Shown: positions 53,375-62,876 of the stretch, one piece after another
Layout of the letters: the number at the start of each line of letters is the position of its first letter
Numbering within the stretch: the stretch's first letter is position 1
Assembly: GCA_030609135.1 (NCBI GenBank)
Contig: JAUWCU010000003.1
Span: 55 to 64,054 of the forward strand
DNA length: 64,000 bases
Direction of reading: 5' to 3'
DNA from: Candidatus Stahliibacteriota bacterium
GTDB taxonomy: Bacteria > Hydrothermota > Tepidihabitantia > SM23-42
The notes under the pieces: generated by a model
The model's input: the letters and a program-made list of their open reading frames with translations, nothing else
Database searches by the model: none
What the model was told of the DNA's origin: nothing
Translations under genes and position numbers: made by a program

Positions 53375-53554
53375 ATGAGGCATTATCAACTAGCTAATGT
53401 GGAACGTCATTTTACTTGCTTGGAATTAGGTCCAGGAGACTCTTTTTTCTCTGATTTAATACGGCAATCTGATTTCTTTGCTAAATCAGGGTTTTGCACG
53501 AATAGAATTAGGTTTGCAGAAATGCAAAACTTGTTTAAAAAAGCGGGATTTTAA
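53375..53554 (+). pseudogene. 59-codon remnant of a SAM-dependent methyltransferase
   Basis: Hand translation MRHYQLANVERHFTCLELGPGDSFFSDLIRQSDFFAKSGFCTNRIRFAEMQNLFKKAGF*. The motif-I-like LELGPGDS is joined almost directly to a C-terminal-type ..EMQNLFKKAGF end. Confidence 0.35.
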
Positions 53555-53597
53555 GTTGAAATAATTAAAAAAAAGCGAATTGACACTAAAGAGATAC

Positions 53598-53625
53598 TTG
53601 ACCTTAAGTAGCATTTACATATAAT
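53598..53625 (+). promoter_or_regulatory. promoter upstream of the wzy-wzx-GT genes
   Basis: TTGACC-N16-TATAAT, ~210 nt before ATG 53840. Confidence 0.5.
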
Positions 53626-53839
53626 GTGTGGTAGTGGTGTGGTTTCAATCCTTGTTGGTTTTGTGATAAGGATTTCCTGGATGGGAATCGTTAATTATTA
53701 TTCTATAAAACGTGAGTTATGCCAAGATTGCAAAATATTTGTGTTTAGATACACTCGTGCGGGTGTGTGTTATATCATTAGGTAAAATCACAGTTGCTGA
53801 TGCTAAGAATATCAAACAAGCCGTGATTCATAAAACGAG

Positions 53840-55270
53840 ATGACCTATAATACTGATGCAATACATTCATCATTGATTCAAAAACTTTCAACTATATTTA
53901 ATCGTAGCAATCAGGGTGGGATTTTAGTTACTATGCTACTTATTTTGATATTGAGTCTAGAAGTCCTAACGGTGGTATTCTTTGCTTATTATGGATTTTA
54001 CGTTATTATTTCGTTACTACTTATTTTTCTGTTTCTTTTTACCGCATTTGCAATGGAGAAATCATACTATTTATTTACTGCATATTTCCTTATTCTTCCA
54101 GAGAAATTTTACAGTATTTTTTTTCCAGGTGTACCTATTACCTTTCACTGGGTAATTGGCTATCTTTTATTTCTTTTATTATTATTTTATTGGATTATCT
54201 ACGTATTGAAAAACTCTGTACAATTTTCATTTAAAGCTACAGATAAAATGTTGATAGTTTTTTTTATAGCAATTGCTGTTGCATTAGTGTCTGGGGTTCT
54301 AAGAAAGCACCAATTCTCGTTTATTCGATTAGAAATTATCGCTCTATCACTATATTTAGCCTATTTTATGGTCCTATATTCACCCTTGAAAAATAATCCA
54401 AAGCGGTTCTTTGATTTTGTAACATTGTGTTCAGTTATAATAGCATTTCAATTTTTGGATTCACTTTTTAAATTCGGAGGGAGTATTTTCTTGGTGCGTG
54501 TAGTTTCTATGCATATTCACGTGGCATTGCTTGCGATTTCTTATATTTGCATTACGTTAGTCTACTCAATGAATAGGATTAGAAGAATAATTATGGGATT
54601 GCTACTACCTCTTATATTCGCGAGTGTTATAATATCACAGCAACGAGCATTGTGGGGTGCTTCCTTGGTTATATGTGTGTTGGTTTTGTTAATATACATT
54701 TATCACAAACGTCATAAAATGAGAATTATTTTAATAACAATTGGTGGATCTATTGCTTTTGTGGTTTTGTCTTTTCTTATTATCAATTATTTAACAGCAG
54801 GTAGTTTCTATAATACTATAATTTCAAGGGGTCGTGTTCTATTGAATATTGAAGCAACCTTATCCGACGCATCATATATAATTCGAACAAATGAAATAGC
54901 TGAAGCGATCCAGACTGTAAAAGGTGATTTTCTTTTAGGCAAAGGAATTGGAGCTTCAACAATTTCAAGATGGCGTTTGATGAACCATGCCACCGTGGAT
55001 AATAGCTATGCTTACATCTATTGGAAAATGGGAATCTTAGGCTTGATAGGGTTTGTTGGTTTCTATATTGTTTTCTTTGTGAGGGGATTAAAATTACTTA
55101 GGTTACCAATAACCACCGATGAACGGATATTCACGATTGCCACGCTTTTAAATTTTGTCGGTCTGTTCATTGTTGGACTGACAAATGTGTGCATTGTGCA
55201 TTATAGATTTATACTCATTTGGGCTGCCAGTATTGGGTTTATAGAGTTTATTATAAGAAAATATGATTGA
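53840..55270 (+). CDS. wzy: O-antigen polymerase/ligase-family membrane protein (Wzy-like)
   Basis: 476 aa with ~11 TM segments and a large periplasmic loop near residue 330-380. The ..ISQQRALWGA.. segment is typical of the Wzy_C region. Confidence 0.65.
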   Translation: MTYNTDAIHSSLIQKLSTIFNRSNQGGILVTMLLILILSLEVLTVVFFAYYGFYVIISLLLIFLFLFTAFAMEKSYYLFTAYFLILPEKFYSIFFPGVPITFHWVIGYLLFLLLLFYWIIYVLKNSVQFSFKATDKMLIVFFIAIAVALVSGVLRKHQFSFIRLEIIALSLYLAYFMVLYSPLKNNPKRFFDFVTLCSVIIAFQFLDSLFKFGGSIFLVRVVSMHIHVALLAISYICITLVYSMNRIRRIIMGLLLPLIFASVIISQQRALWGASLVICVLVLLIYIYHKRHKMRIILITIGGSIAFVVLSFLIINYLTAGSFYNTIISRGRVLLNIEATLSDASYIIRTNEIAEAIQTVKGDFLLGKGIGASTISRWRLMNHATVDNSYAYIYWKMGILGLIGFVGFYIVFFVRGLKLLRLPITTDERIFTIATLLNFVGLFIVGLTNVCIVHYRFILIWAASIGFIEFIIRKYD

Positions 55271-56567
55271 ATACTTCAAAAAATCTTTTGTAACTTACGT
55301 TAATCTACTTCTGCGATTAGTGTTACTTGCTGGCAGTAACGTAATTATTGCAAATTATTTAGGTCCGTCTGGTAAAGGTATTCTATCATTAATTATGAGC
55401 TTTCTGGCAATCATTTTGATGATTGGAATGTCTGGTGTTGATGAAGCTAACGTGTATTTTATGAGTAGTGGAAAAGCACCGCATAGAAAAATAATCACGA
55501 ATGCCTTATTTCATACATTTTTTATTTCATGTATTTGCATTTTTATTTGTATAGTCTTTATGAAATGGTTCATTACGAATCCACTGAAAGGGATAGATAT
55601 CAAATATTTTTATATAATAATCATGCTAATTCCTTTTTATTTCATTAACCAACATTTTAGAAGTATTTTATTGGGCCATCGTGCAATATATAAATACAAT
55701 ATTCTTATAATAGCACAATTTATCGTTCTCTTTCTTATTCAGTTAATTTTTATACCGAAAACAGGTTTATTTGGAGGTATTTTGGCGATTATCGTTAGTA
55801 CTTTTACACTTACACTTTTAGGGTCAATATTATTGTTGAAATATGAATTACCTGGAATTTCTATCGACTTTTCGTTGATGAAAAAATCATACTTTTTTGG
55901 CATGAAATCTCAGTTAGGCATTATTTTTAGTTTTCTAAATCAACGACTGGACTTTTTTGTTGTTAATTTTTTTCTCAACCCTTCTCAGGTTGGTATATAT
56001 GCAATAGCTGTTGTAGTTGCTGAACTACCGTGGCACCTGCCTGCGGCTGCGGCAACTGTGCTGTTCCCATGGATAGCTGATAAGAATAAAGATGAGGCTG
56101 CAAAATTTACAGCATATATCTTGCGTAATATTCTATTTTTTACAACCATTATGATAATTGTGTTAGCATTATTTGGTAAATATATCATTATTACATTATT
56201 TGGTGCAGCTTTTCAGGGATCTATTGTCTTAATGTATGTACTTTTACCTGGTATTTTAGCACTCAGTATAACCAGAATACTCGGTAGTCATTTTCAGGGT
56301 TCAGGGAGACCAGAATTAGGAACCATAATGGTTGCATTTTCATTTATTGAAACTATCGTTCTTGATATAATACTTATTCCACGTTTCGGAACCTTAGGAG
56401 CTGCAATAGCTTCATCAATAGCTTATATGACTTCCGCTATCGTGGGACTATTTATATTTATAAGAATATGGCATATTAATATATTTGAAATCGTAATTCC
56501 AAGGTGGCAAGAGATAATTAAAATCCGTAAATTTATACAAATTTTAAAAAGGAGTAAGAACAAATGA
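55263..56567 (+). CDS. wzx: polysaccharide flippase (MOP/Wzx family)
   Basis: 434 aa, ~12 TM segments, overlaps neighbours by 8 and 4 nt. Confidence 0.7.
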   Translation: MIEYFKKSFVTYVNLLLRLVLLAGSNVIIANYLGPSGKGILSLIMSFLAIILMIGMSGVDEANVYFMSSGKAPHRKIITNALFHTFFISCICIFICIVFMKWFITNPLKGIDIKYFYIIIMLIPFYFINQHFRSILLGHRAIYKYNILIIAQFIVLFLIQLIFIPKTGLFGGILAIIVSTFTLTLLGSILLLKYELPGISIDFSLMKKSYFFGMKSQLGIIFSFLNQRLDFFVVNFFLNPSQVGIYAIAVVVAELPWHLPAAAATVLFPWIADKNKDEAAKFTAYILRNILFFTTIMIIVLALFGKYIIITLFGAAFQGSIVLMYVLLPGILALSITRILGSHFQGSGRPELGTIMVAFSFIETIVLDIILIPRFGTLGAAIASSIAYMTSAIVGLFIFIRIWHINIFEIVIPRWQEIIKIRKFIQILKRSKNK

Positions 56568-57610
56568 AAAAAAGATTGCTTCTCTCTACACCATTTGGCG
56601 CACCTGGTCCAATGACTGCGTTCAGAAATCATAAGGCTATATTAGAACCATATATCGCATGTGATCTTGTTCCCTTGGAAGAGTTGGTATCTCCATCGTT
56701 TTTGAAACCGATAGACTATAAACGAATAATTTATCGTATAGGCAAAAGAACAAAAAGGATTTTTTCTGTTAAAAACATAATGAAATATGGTGATAATGTT
56801 ATTTTTGGTACTTTTGGTTCTGTTCATGAAGGAATAATCAAAAAATTGAATAAACATGGAATAAAACCCTCTTTCATGTGGTGCAGTACATTAGGCCAGA
56901 TGGAATTGACGCCATATGAAATGAGAAATTTCATGCGATTAGTTGAACTTCGGAAAAAAGGCTACGTTAATTTTCTTTTTCTTCAGCATCGATTATATAA
57001 TTCCGTTGGGCATTTTGTGAAAGAAGCCACACTTCTCCCTTACAGCATTGATTTATCACCTTACAAAGTTTCAGAACAAATCGAGCTTCCCGGTATAAAC
57101 ATAGATCTTTTTTGTCGACCACGTCAGGGTAAAAATATTCTTAATCAGATCGCCTCGTTTACTATGGCTGGCATCAATGGTAAACTTCATATTAACTTTA
57201 AAACGGATTTTCTCTCAGGTATACCGAATTTACTATCTAAAAAAATTGTTTACCATAAGTGGATCCCTGATTCTATGTATTATAATTTTATCGCAGGGAT
57301 GAACCTTTCATTGCAGGTTACAATTGGCGAAAGTTTTAATTATGTTGCATGCGAGCGGATGTGTCTTGGGGTACCTGTTCTAACAACGAAGGATATATAT
57401 CTTGTTGCGGGTGATGATTTTTTGGCTAAATATCTTTGTGTTGAAGCACCAGATACACCTACCACTATAGCAGCTAGGATTAAATTTTTAATTGATGAGA
57501 ATAATTTAAGAAAGGAACTTGCTATAAAATGTAGATCAAGAATAAAAGATATTGCCAGATGTAATAATAGCATGGTTGTTGATATAATACAAAAACATTT
57601 CAATACGTAG
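56564..57610 (+). CDS. Hypothetical protein, distant GT-B glycosyltransferase-like
   Basis: ..GESFNYVACERMCLGVPVLTT.. resembles the E-x7-E region; otherwise unassigned. Confidence 0.35.
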   Translation: MKKRLLLSTPFGAPGPMTAFRNHKAILEPYIACDLVPLEELVSPSFLKPIDYKRIIYRIGKRTKRIFSVKNIMKYGDNVIFGTFGSVHEGIIKKLNKHGIKPSFMWCSTLGQMELTPYEMRNFMRLVELRKKGYVNFLFLQHRLYNSVGHFVKEATLLPYSIDLSPYKVSEQIELPGINIDLFCRPRQGKNILNQIASFTMAGINGKLHINFKTDFLSGIPNLLSKKIVYHKWIPDSMYYNFIAGMNLSLQVTIGESFNYVACERMCLGVPVLTTKDIYLVAGDDFLAKYLCVEAPDTPTTIAARIKFLIDENNLRKELAIKCRSRIKDIARCNNSMVVDIIQKHFNT

Positions 57611-57652
57611 ATCTACAATGTGAATCATTTATTCGACAATAATATATAAATG

Positions 57653-57680
57653 TTGACGCATTAACATATTAATATATAAT
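57653..57680 (+). promoter_or_regulatory. promoter of the 727-aa secreted protein gene
   Basis: TTGACG-N16-TATAAT; 50-nt leader. Confidence 0.55.
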
Positions 57681-57730
57681 TAAACAGAAAAAAGTTAGGG
57701 CATTTGAGATTATAATATACGAAAGCAAAT

Positions 57731-59914
57731 ATGGGAATAAAAAGGTCAATCGGGTGTCGAAAATTGATGCTTCTTTGCATTTTACCTTTGTTATTATGCG
57801 CCAAAACCGTACGCTATGAAGCAGAGCATTTATTCGCGCGGTCGCCTTGCGACAGTGTTATCAAAGATGTCACAGCAAGTAACGACAGTTGTAGGGTAGC
57901 ATATACAAAACATAATTCCAGAGGGTATTTAATATATGGTCCAAACATTTCTTTCTCTTCTGGATTCTATGTGGCAACATTCAGATTAAAAACAGGAAAT
58001 GTTGGTGTTAGCGTTAATCCTGTTGGTATAATAGACATAACTAGCCGTCGTGAATATCCGCTTAAATATCATGCACGACAACCAATTTATGCATCCAGCT
58101 TCGATTCAATCTTCAGGTGGCAGAACATAAGGGTCGGCTTTTATCTTGAACGTACCATCGAGTGCTTTCAATTGAGAATTGAGTGGTTTGATAGTGTGGA
58201 TCTCTATGTCGACTATGTTGATGTTCAGCCGTATCCGCGCAGAGAGAATATCACATTTGCCATTAATCTCCAGGATCTCAATCTTGATATGATACCAGAC
58301 CTTTTTGATGAAATTATGACAGATCGTCGCATATTGCTTGCATCAATCCAGGCCGGTGTCAACAGAGATAAGGCAAATCTTGTATTACTGCACGATTACC
58401 GCGATTACGAAGGGCAGGGTATTTATCGATGGCTTTGTGCTTTCGACATGCCGTACGTTTTACTAACATATGATGAGTGTATCGAGAAATCAGCAATACC
58501 TAACACGTTTAATGGCTGTGTTTTTTTCGATCCTGGAGAACTCTCTATAGACGCAATAAATAATCCGCCAGAATATCAAAAGTCGCTTTTTCAAGTAAAA
58601 GCAATTGCGACAAATCTAGCAGCTCTCGACTCTCTATTAATTGTTACACCTCGAACAATTAATGATATTGACTTGACAAAATTCCCAATTAAATACGACC
58701 TCACAAATAGAGATATATATCCCTTTTTGAAAGACCTGTCTGGGGATGAAGCGATGGCTTTCAACATACAGTTGTTTGAAACGTATAGATTTAACAAAGA
58801 TGTCCTGTTTAAGTTGTTTCCCTATATGAGTAGTAGTCCATTAAGAAATGCGAGTGAAAAACTGACCGATTATGTCATTCAAAATAGATGCTGGTCTTTC
58901 TATAAAGATCTGCGTAATGATACTGATAATTCTTTTTTTGAAAATGAGGTATTCAACCAGAGCCATTTTCTTATGGGGTGGCCTGATGAGGGTTGGACCA
59001 ATGAGAGTACACACTATTGCAAAGAATACGAGCATATTAAGTTGGCAAGTGAAGCAGGTAAACTGTGGATAGGTGATATGAATAGGATACACAACCTTTC
59101 ATTTTTCGCGAGATTGCCAAATGACATACATTATATCTATCGCCAATCTGCCCCTCAAATTCCAAAACTGGAACACAAGACATATATTTCTTTTATAACA
59201 ATGGATGGTGATAACCCTCTACTTTGGCTCAAACATTATCGTAGAGATTGGGATTCACCTCTGCGGGGAACAATTCCTGTTTCCTGGGGGATTCCACCCA
59301 AGCTTTTGGATCTTGCGCCGGCTGTTCTTCAGTACTTGTATAGGACGAAAACGCAGAATGACTACTTTATTGCAGATATCAGTGGTCTTGCATGGCATCT
59401 GACAGACCATTTTGATTTCAATGATTTTCCGGAAATGTTAATTGTAACTGCTGATTATCTTGAGAGACTCGATATTAGAGTTGTCAAATTGATGGCTGAT
59501 CGTAATGATGATATTGTAGATATTGCGTACCTTCGGAAATGCGTAGAAGGATATCCAGATGTGAGTGGTTTTGTTGAAGGATACTGGCCTCCCGCGGAAC
59601 AGGGATATGTAATGGTGAAAGAAAAATATCCGTCCATTAGACTTGCAGTACACGAGCCTCGCGGCAATGGTGGAGTGTACAGGGTCGTAGATTCCATTGA
59701 ATCAGTTATTGAAGCAACGTCAAATCGACCACTATTTTTGCCAGTTATATATAATATTTACAGTGATAGCTATCGAAAAAGAAACCAAACATTATTTGAT
59801 AAACTTGATAGTATAAGAACAATTTTGGATGATAAACATCAAACTATCGTATATGTACGTCTGGATGTTATGATGGAGTTAATAAAGGAATATAATGAAA
59901 CGAGCAGTAAATGA
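57731..59914 (+). CDS. 727-aa secreted protein of unknown function
   Basis: Signal peptide ..RKLMLLCILPLLLCA. No catalytic motif recognised; ..SGFVEGYWPP.. faintly recalls the GxGYxYP family. Confidence 0.3.
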   Translation: MGIKRSIGCRKLMLLCILPLLLCAKTVRYEAEHLFARSPCDSVIKDVTASNDSCRVAYTKHNSRGYLIYGPNISFSSGFYVATFRLKTGNVGVSVNPVGIIDITSRREYPLKYHARQPIYASSFDSIFRWQNIRVGFYLERTIECFQLRIEWFDSVDLYVDYVDVQPYPRRENITFAINLQDLNLDMIPDLFDEIMTDRRILLASIQAGVNRDKANLVLLHDYRDYEGQGIYRWLCAFDMPYVLLTYDECIEKSAIPNTFNGCVFFDPGELSIDAINNPPEYQKSLFQVKAIATNLAALDSLLIVTPRTINDIDLTKFPIKYDLTNRDIYPFLKDLSGDEAMAFNIQLFETYRFNKDVLFKLFPYMSSSPLRNASEKLTDYVIQNRCWSFYKDLRNDTDNSFFENEVFNQSHFLMGWPDEGWTNESTHYCKEYEHIKLASEAGKLWIGDMNRIHNLSFFARLPNDIHYIYRQSAPQIPKLEHKTYISFITMDGDNPLLWLKHYRRDWDSPLRGTIPVSWGIPPKLLDLAPAVLQYLYRTKTQNDYFIADISGLAWHLTDHFDFNDFPEMLIVTADYLERLDIRVVKLMADRNDDIVDIAYLRKCVEGYPDVSGFVEGYWPPAEQGYVMVKEKYPSIRLAVHEPRGNGGVYRVVDSIESVIEATSNRPLFLPVIYNIYSDSYRKRNQTLFDKLDSIRTILDDKHQTIVYVRLDVMMELIKEYNETSSK

Positions 59915-60110
59915 AAATCGAGGTTCTATGACTGTAAATTTGGAACAAAACATAAGAAATTACTTTGATAAAAAATATCAACTGAATAAATTTACGTAAG
60001 ACATATTGAAACTTTAATGTTGGTAAATTGGTAATACCATTAAATATCGTTATTATGGGGTATTATTGTAAAACAACAGGACCTGACTTTATCCAATTGC
60101 TAAGCACAGG

Positions 60111-61346
60111 TTATTTTTTTGAAAAAAACCTTCTGATTACTTTCAAATCATCGGATATATTATCTATAAACCTACTAACAGTTTTGTGAGAACTGGGATT
60201 CGCTTTATAGTCATGTATGTATTCAAAAAGGAATGCAAGGAACACATTACCAAAGATTGACAAGAAGAAAGCGAATAGAACAATTTTCATTCGTTTGGGG
60301 AAACTTCTTTTTTCAGGCGGTGAAGCGCGATCTAAAAACTGGACTGTCGGTGTATCCTTTAATTCCATTAGCTTAGCCTGTTCGTATTGTTGTGTTAATA
60401 ATTCATAAATTACTGATTGAACTTCAACGTCACGTAATAACCGAGCATATTCAAGGGAAACCTCTGGAAGCTTTGAAAAAGGTACAGCAAAACCAGCTCC
60501 AAATGCCTTTTTAATCGTATCCTGGTCTCCAAATTCGATTTTTAATAGTTGATTTTTAAATTCTTTTAATTCTTTATTTATATCGTACAAATAGGGATTA
60601 TTGAATCGCGAAGAGGAAGATAGCACTCCTTTTTTAACTTCTAGGAGAATTATCTGACTTTTTAATTCGGCGATGGTTTGAATTGCAGTTATGATTTCTT
60701 CTTCAAGAGCGATAGTGTGATGTTCTTCTTGGAAACTTCTTAGAGCTTCCTCTGTCTGTTTTAGGGTATCGATATTGCCTTTTAATCTTTGCTCAATAAA
60801 TATGCGATATTTCTTTCCAGTCGTCATCGCTGTTTCAGTATTGAATTTGTCAAGCTCTTCAATAAAGGAGTTAGCTATATCAGCGGCCAGGTATTTATTC
60901 TTGTAAGTTATACTCACCGAAATAATTCCTTCAGGACTAACAGCGATCGTGGTAATTTCATCCAATGCTTTCATTGCATCGGTCATTGTTTTGGTTTTGA
61001 ATTCCTTCATCAAATTATTCTTATGAATTACCTGACTTTTAATACGACCGCTATTTAAGATAGCGGCATATAAGTCCGACGGACTTGTTAGACCAGGTAT
61101 GCCACTTGTTAATCTTGATAGATTTGCTATACTTGATGGCATATTAGATGTAAACATTCCCAACATCATTGATTGGTCAGAAGTCGGAGGTAAGGTTGTT
61201 GCGGTGGCAGAATATTGATGTACTAATAGGAGGCTTATTATTGCAGCAGTAATTACAACTGCTATTGAATTACGATAGAAATACTTACGGTATTTCAGGA
61301 TGATTAACCAATATTCTGACGGCTTTGATTTTTTAGTAACGGTCAT
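60111..61346 (-). CDS. wzz: polysaccharide chain-length determinant (Wzz/PCP family)
   Basis: Start moved to ATG 61346 (MTVTKKSKPSEYWLIILKYRKYF..). N-terminal and C-terminal TM helices flank a long coiled-coil periplasmic region. Confidence 0.7.
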   Translation of the reverse strand: MTVTKKSKPSEYWLIILKYRKYFYRNSIAVVITAAIISLLLVHQYSATATTLPPTSDQSMMLGMFTSNMPSSIANLSRLTSGIPGLTSPSDLYAAILNSGRIKSQVIHKNNLMKEFKTKTMTDAMKALDEITTIAVSPEGIISVSITYKNKYLAADIANSFIEELDKFNTETAMTTGKKYRIFIEQRLKGNIDTLKQTEEALRSFQEEHHTIALEEEIITAIQTIAELKSQIILLEVKKGVLSSSSRFNNPYLYDINKELKEFKNQLLKIEFGDQDTIKKAFGAGFAVPFSKLPEVSLEYARLLRDVEVQSVIYELLTQQYEQAKLMELKDTPTVQFLDRASPPEKRSFPKRMKIVLFAFFLSIFGNVFLAFLFEYIHDYKANPSSHKTVSRFIDNISDDLKVIRRFFSKK

Positions 61347-61354
61347 ATCTAGAT

Positions 61355-61382
61355 AGTATAATAAAATTAGTACCGAAGTCAA
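61355..61382 (-). promoter_or_regulatory. wzz promoter
   Basis: Minus strand reads TTGACT-N16-TATACT, 8 nt before ATG 61346. Confidence 0.55.
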
Positions 61383-61411
61383 TACGTCAACATCACTAAT
61401 CTGGTCTTGAC

Positions 61412-61497
61412 TTTTTTTGAATAATATCTGTAGTGTTAGAATACGATATGGGATTAATATCTTTGAGGAGGATTTTTGGGCGATCAAGGATACGTTA
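61412..61497. repeat. ~86-nt direct repeat, left copy (partner at 62512..62598)
   Basis: tttttttgaataatatctgtagtgttagaatacgatatgggattaatatctttgaggaggatttttgggcgatcaaggatacgtta. About nine-tenths identical to the right copy by eye. Confidence 0.85.
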
Positions 61498-61618
61498 AAC
61501 CGTCTCTTGCAAGATACCAATGCATAAACAACTTTTCGTTGATCAAAAAAACCGTTTTCGGTATTGTAAATATGTATGTACTTGCGGATTTCATGGGATG
61601 AATAAAGGCGGAATATTA

Positions 61619-62038
61619 TTAGGTAGATTCTAAGTAATTTACAATTGCTTGGGCAAAGCTATTGAAATCAGCTAATTGATTCTGTAGGATATCATAAACC
61701 TGATTGGGATCAGTATAAAGATAATTATGCACTAAAATGTTTCTAAAACTAACCATACCTTTAATTTTCTTAATCAATTCTTCTGGCAACACGCCATTTT
61801 TGCCTAAAACAACAAAGATATTTTCCTGTTCATCTGGCACTAATAGATTTTGTCCAGCAATAATGTAATTAGCAATGTCAATACAGGTTTGCATAGCTAC
61901 CTGAAAATTTCTTTCAGCAATATCCTGGTAATCTTGATTATTGGTATATTCATCCTTTGATATTCGTTGAATTCTTTTCAGCCTTGATACGGCATGATCG
62001 AGTTTTTTTAATCGCACCTCAATAACCTTTTTATCCAA
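61619..62038 (-). CDS. hepT: HepT-type (DUF86) ribonuclease toxin
   Basis: 139 aa; Rx4HxY motif FRNILVHNY near the C-terminus; overlaps the upstream MNT gene by 8 nt. Confidence 0.85.
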   Translation of the reverse strand: MDKKVIEVRLKKLDHAVSRLKRIQRISKDEYTNNQDYQDIAERNFQVAMQTCIDIANYIIAGQNLLVPDEQENIFVVLGKNGVLPEELIKKIKGMVSFRNILVHNYLYTDPNQVYDILQNQLADFNSFAQAIVNYLEST

Positions 62039-62453
62039 TGCCTACCTCTTTGATTTTTTTCTTTAAATACCTTGAATGAAACTCAAAATATTTCTTATAA
62101 TCGTAATACAATCCCATTGAATATGCTTGGAATAGCGCCCTTTTGTTTTCATCTTTCTCATAAATTAATTGTCCCTTTTCAAAAACCTGGGCCCTTAAAA
62201 GTAGATTTGCAAAGTTCAAAATTACAAGGTCAACTTTTCCTTTTAATAGCTCCATTAAATCTGTACTAAGATTCATTCGATAGAACAGTGGATTCTCTAT
62301 TTTCTTTTCATTAATCAATAGCGCGATATCAATGTCACTATCTTTTCTTTGTTTCTTTTCAACTACTGAACCAAATAAATAAGCCGAATAAATTTCAGGT
62401 TTTGTAGTAAAATATTTCCGGAGTTTTTCAGTTATTTCCAGTTGGAATTTCAT
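62031..62453 (-). CDS. mntA: MNT-type nucleotidyltransferase antitoxin
   Basis: LFGSVVEKKQRKDSDIDIALL (GS-x10-DxD). Confidence 0.85.
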   Translation of the reverse strand: MKFQLEITEKLRKYFTTKPEIYSAYLFGSVVEKKQRKDSDIDIALLINEKKIENPLFYRMNLSTDLMELLKGKVDLVILNFANLLLRAQVFEKGQLIYEKDENKRALFQAYSMGLYYDYKKYFEFHSRYLKKKIKEVGIG

Positions 62454-62459
62454 AAAGAA

Positions 62460-62487
62460 ATTGTATTCAATTTAATAGTGAAGTCAA
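62460..62487 (-). promoter_or_regulatory. mntA-hepT promoter; leaderless-type spacing
   Basis: Minus strand reads TTGACT-N16-TACAAT, 6 nt before ATG 62453. Confidence 0.55.
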
Positions 62488-62511
62488 GGTAGAACCCACA
62501 TTCTATTTAGA

Positions 62512-62598
62512 TTTTTTTTGATAATATCTGTAATATTTGAATAAAAGATGGGATTAATATCTTTCAAGGAGGATTTTTGGGCGATCAATGATACGTTA
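62512..62598. repeat. ~86-nt direct repeat, right copy
   Basis: ttttttttgataatatctgtaatatttgaataaaagatgggattaatatctttcaaggaggatttttgggcgatcaatgatacgtta. Confidence 0.85.
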
Positions 62599-62660
62599 TG
62601 ATTCAATTGGTTCTTTGATAGAGCGGCAATGATCATAATGGTTGGGATGATATGTTACAT

Positions 62661-62818
62661 GTAACTGTTCAATTTTCGGTGGAAACTTGTAGTTGCGACA
62701 TTTATGGCGCATATTTGTTTTAAATTTCAAGACATTTTGCACGATGAATCGTGCGACTACACCCCGCCATTTTGTAAAAGAGCGGGGTACATTAGTCCAC
62801 CAAGTTTTGAACAGTTAC
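62661..62818 (+). mobile_element. MITE-like element copy 2 (158 nt) carrying a nested hairpin insertion
   Basis: GTAACTGTTCAAtttt...gttttGAACAGTTAC termini. Same internal gtagttgcgacatttatggcg / tgcacgatgaatcgtgcgactac as copy 1. Extra accccgccattttgtaaaagagcggggt at 62761..62788. Confidence 0.75.
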
Positions 62819-62827
62819 TGTTGTCTC

Positions 62828-62855
62828 TTGACATAGATTCCATATTCTGTATAAT
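62828..62855 (+). promoter_or_regulatory. abiEi-abiEii promoter
   Basis: TTGACA-N16-TATAAT, starting 10 nt after the MITE-like element. Confidence 0.6.
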
Positions 62856-62876
62856 TTTATACAGAAGAAGGGAACT

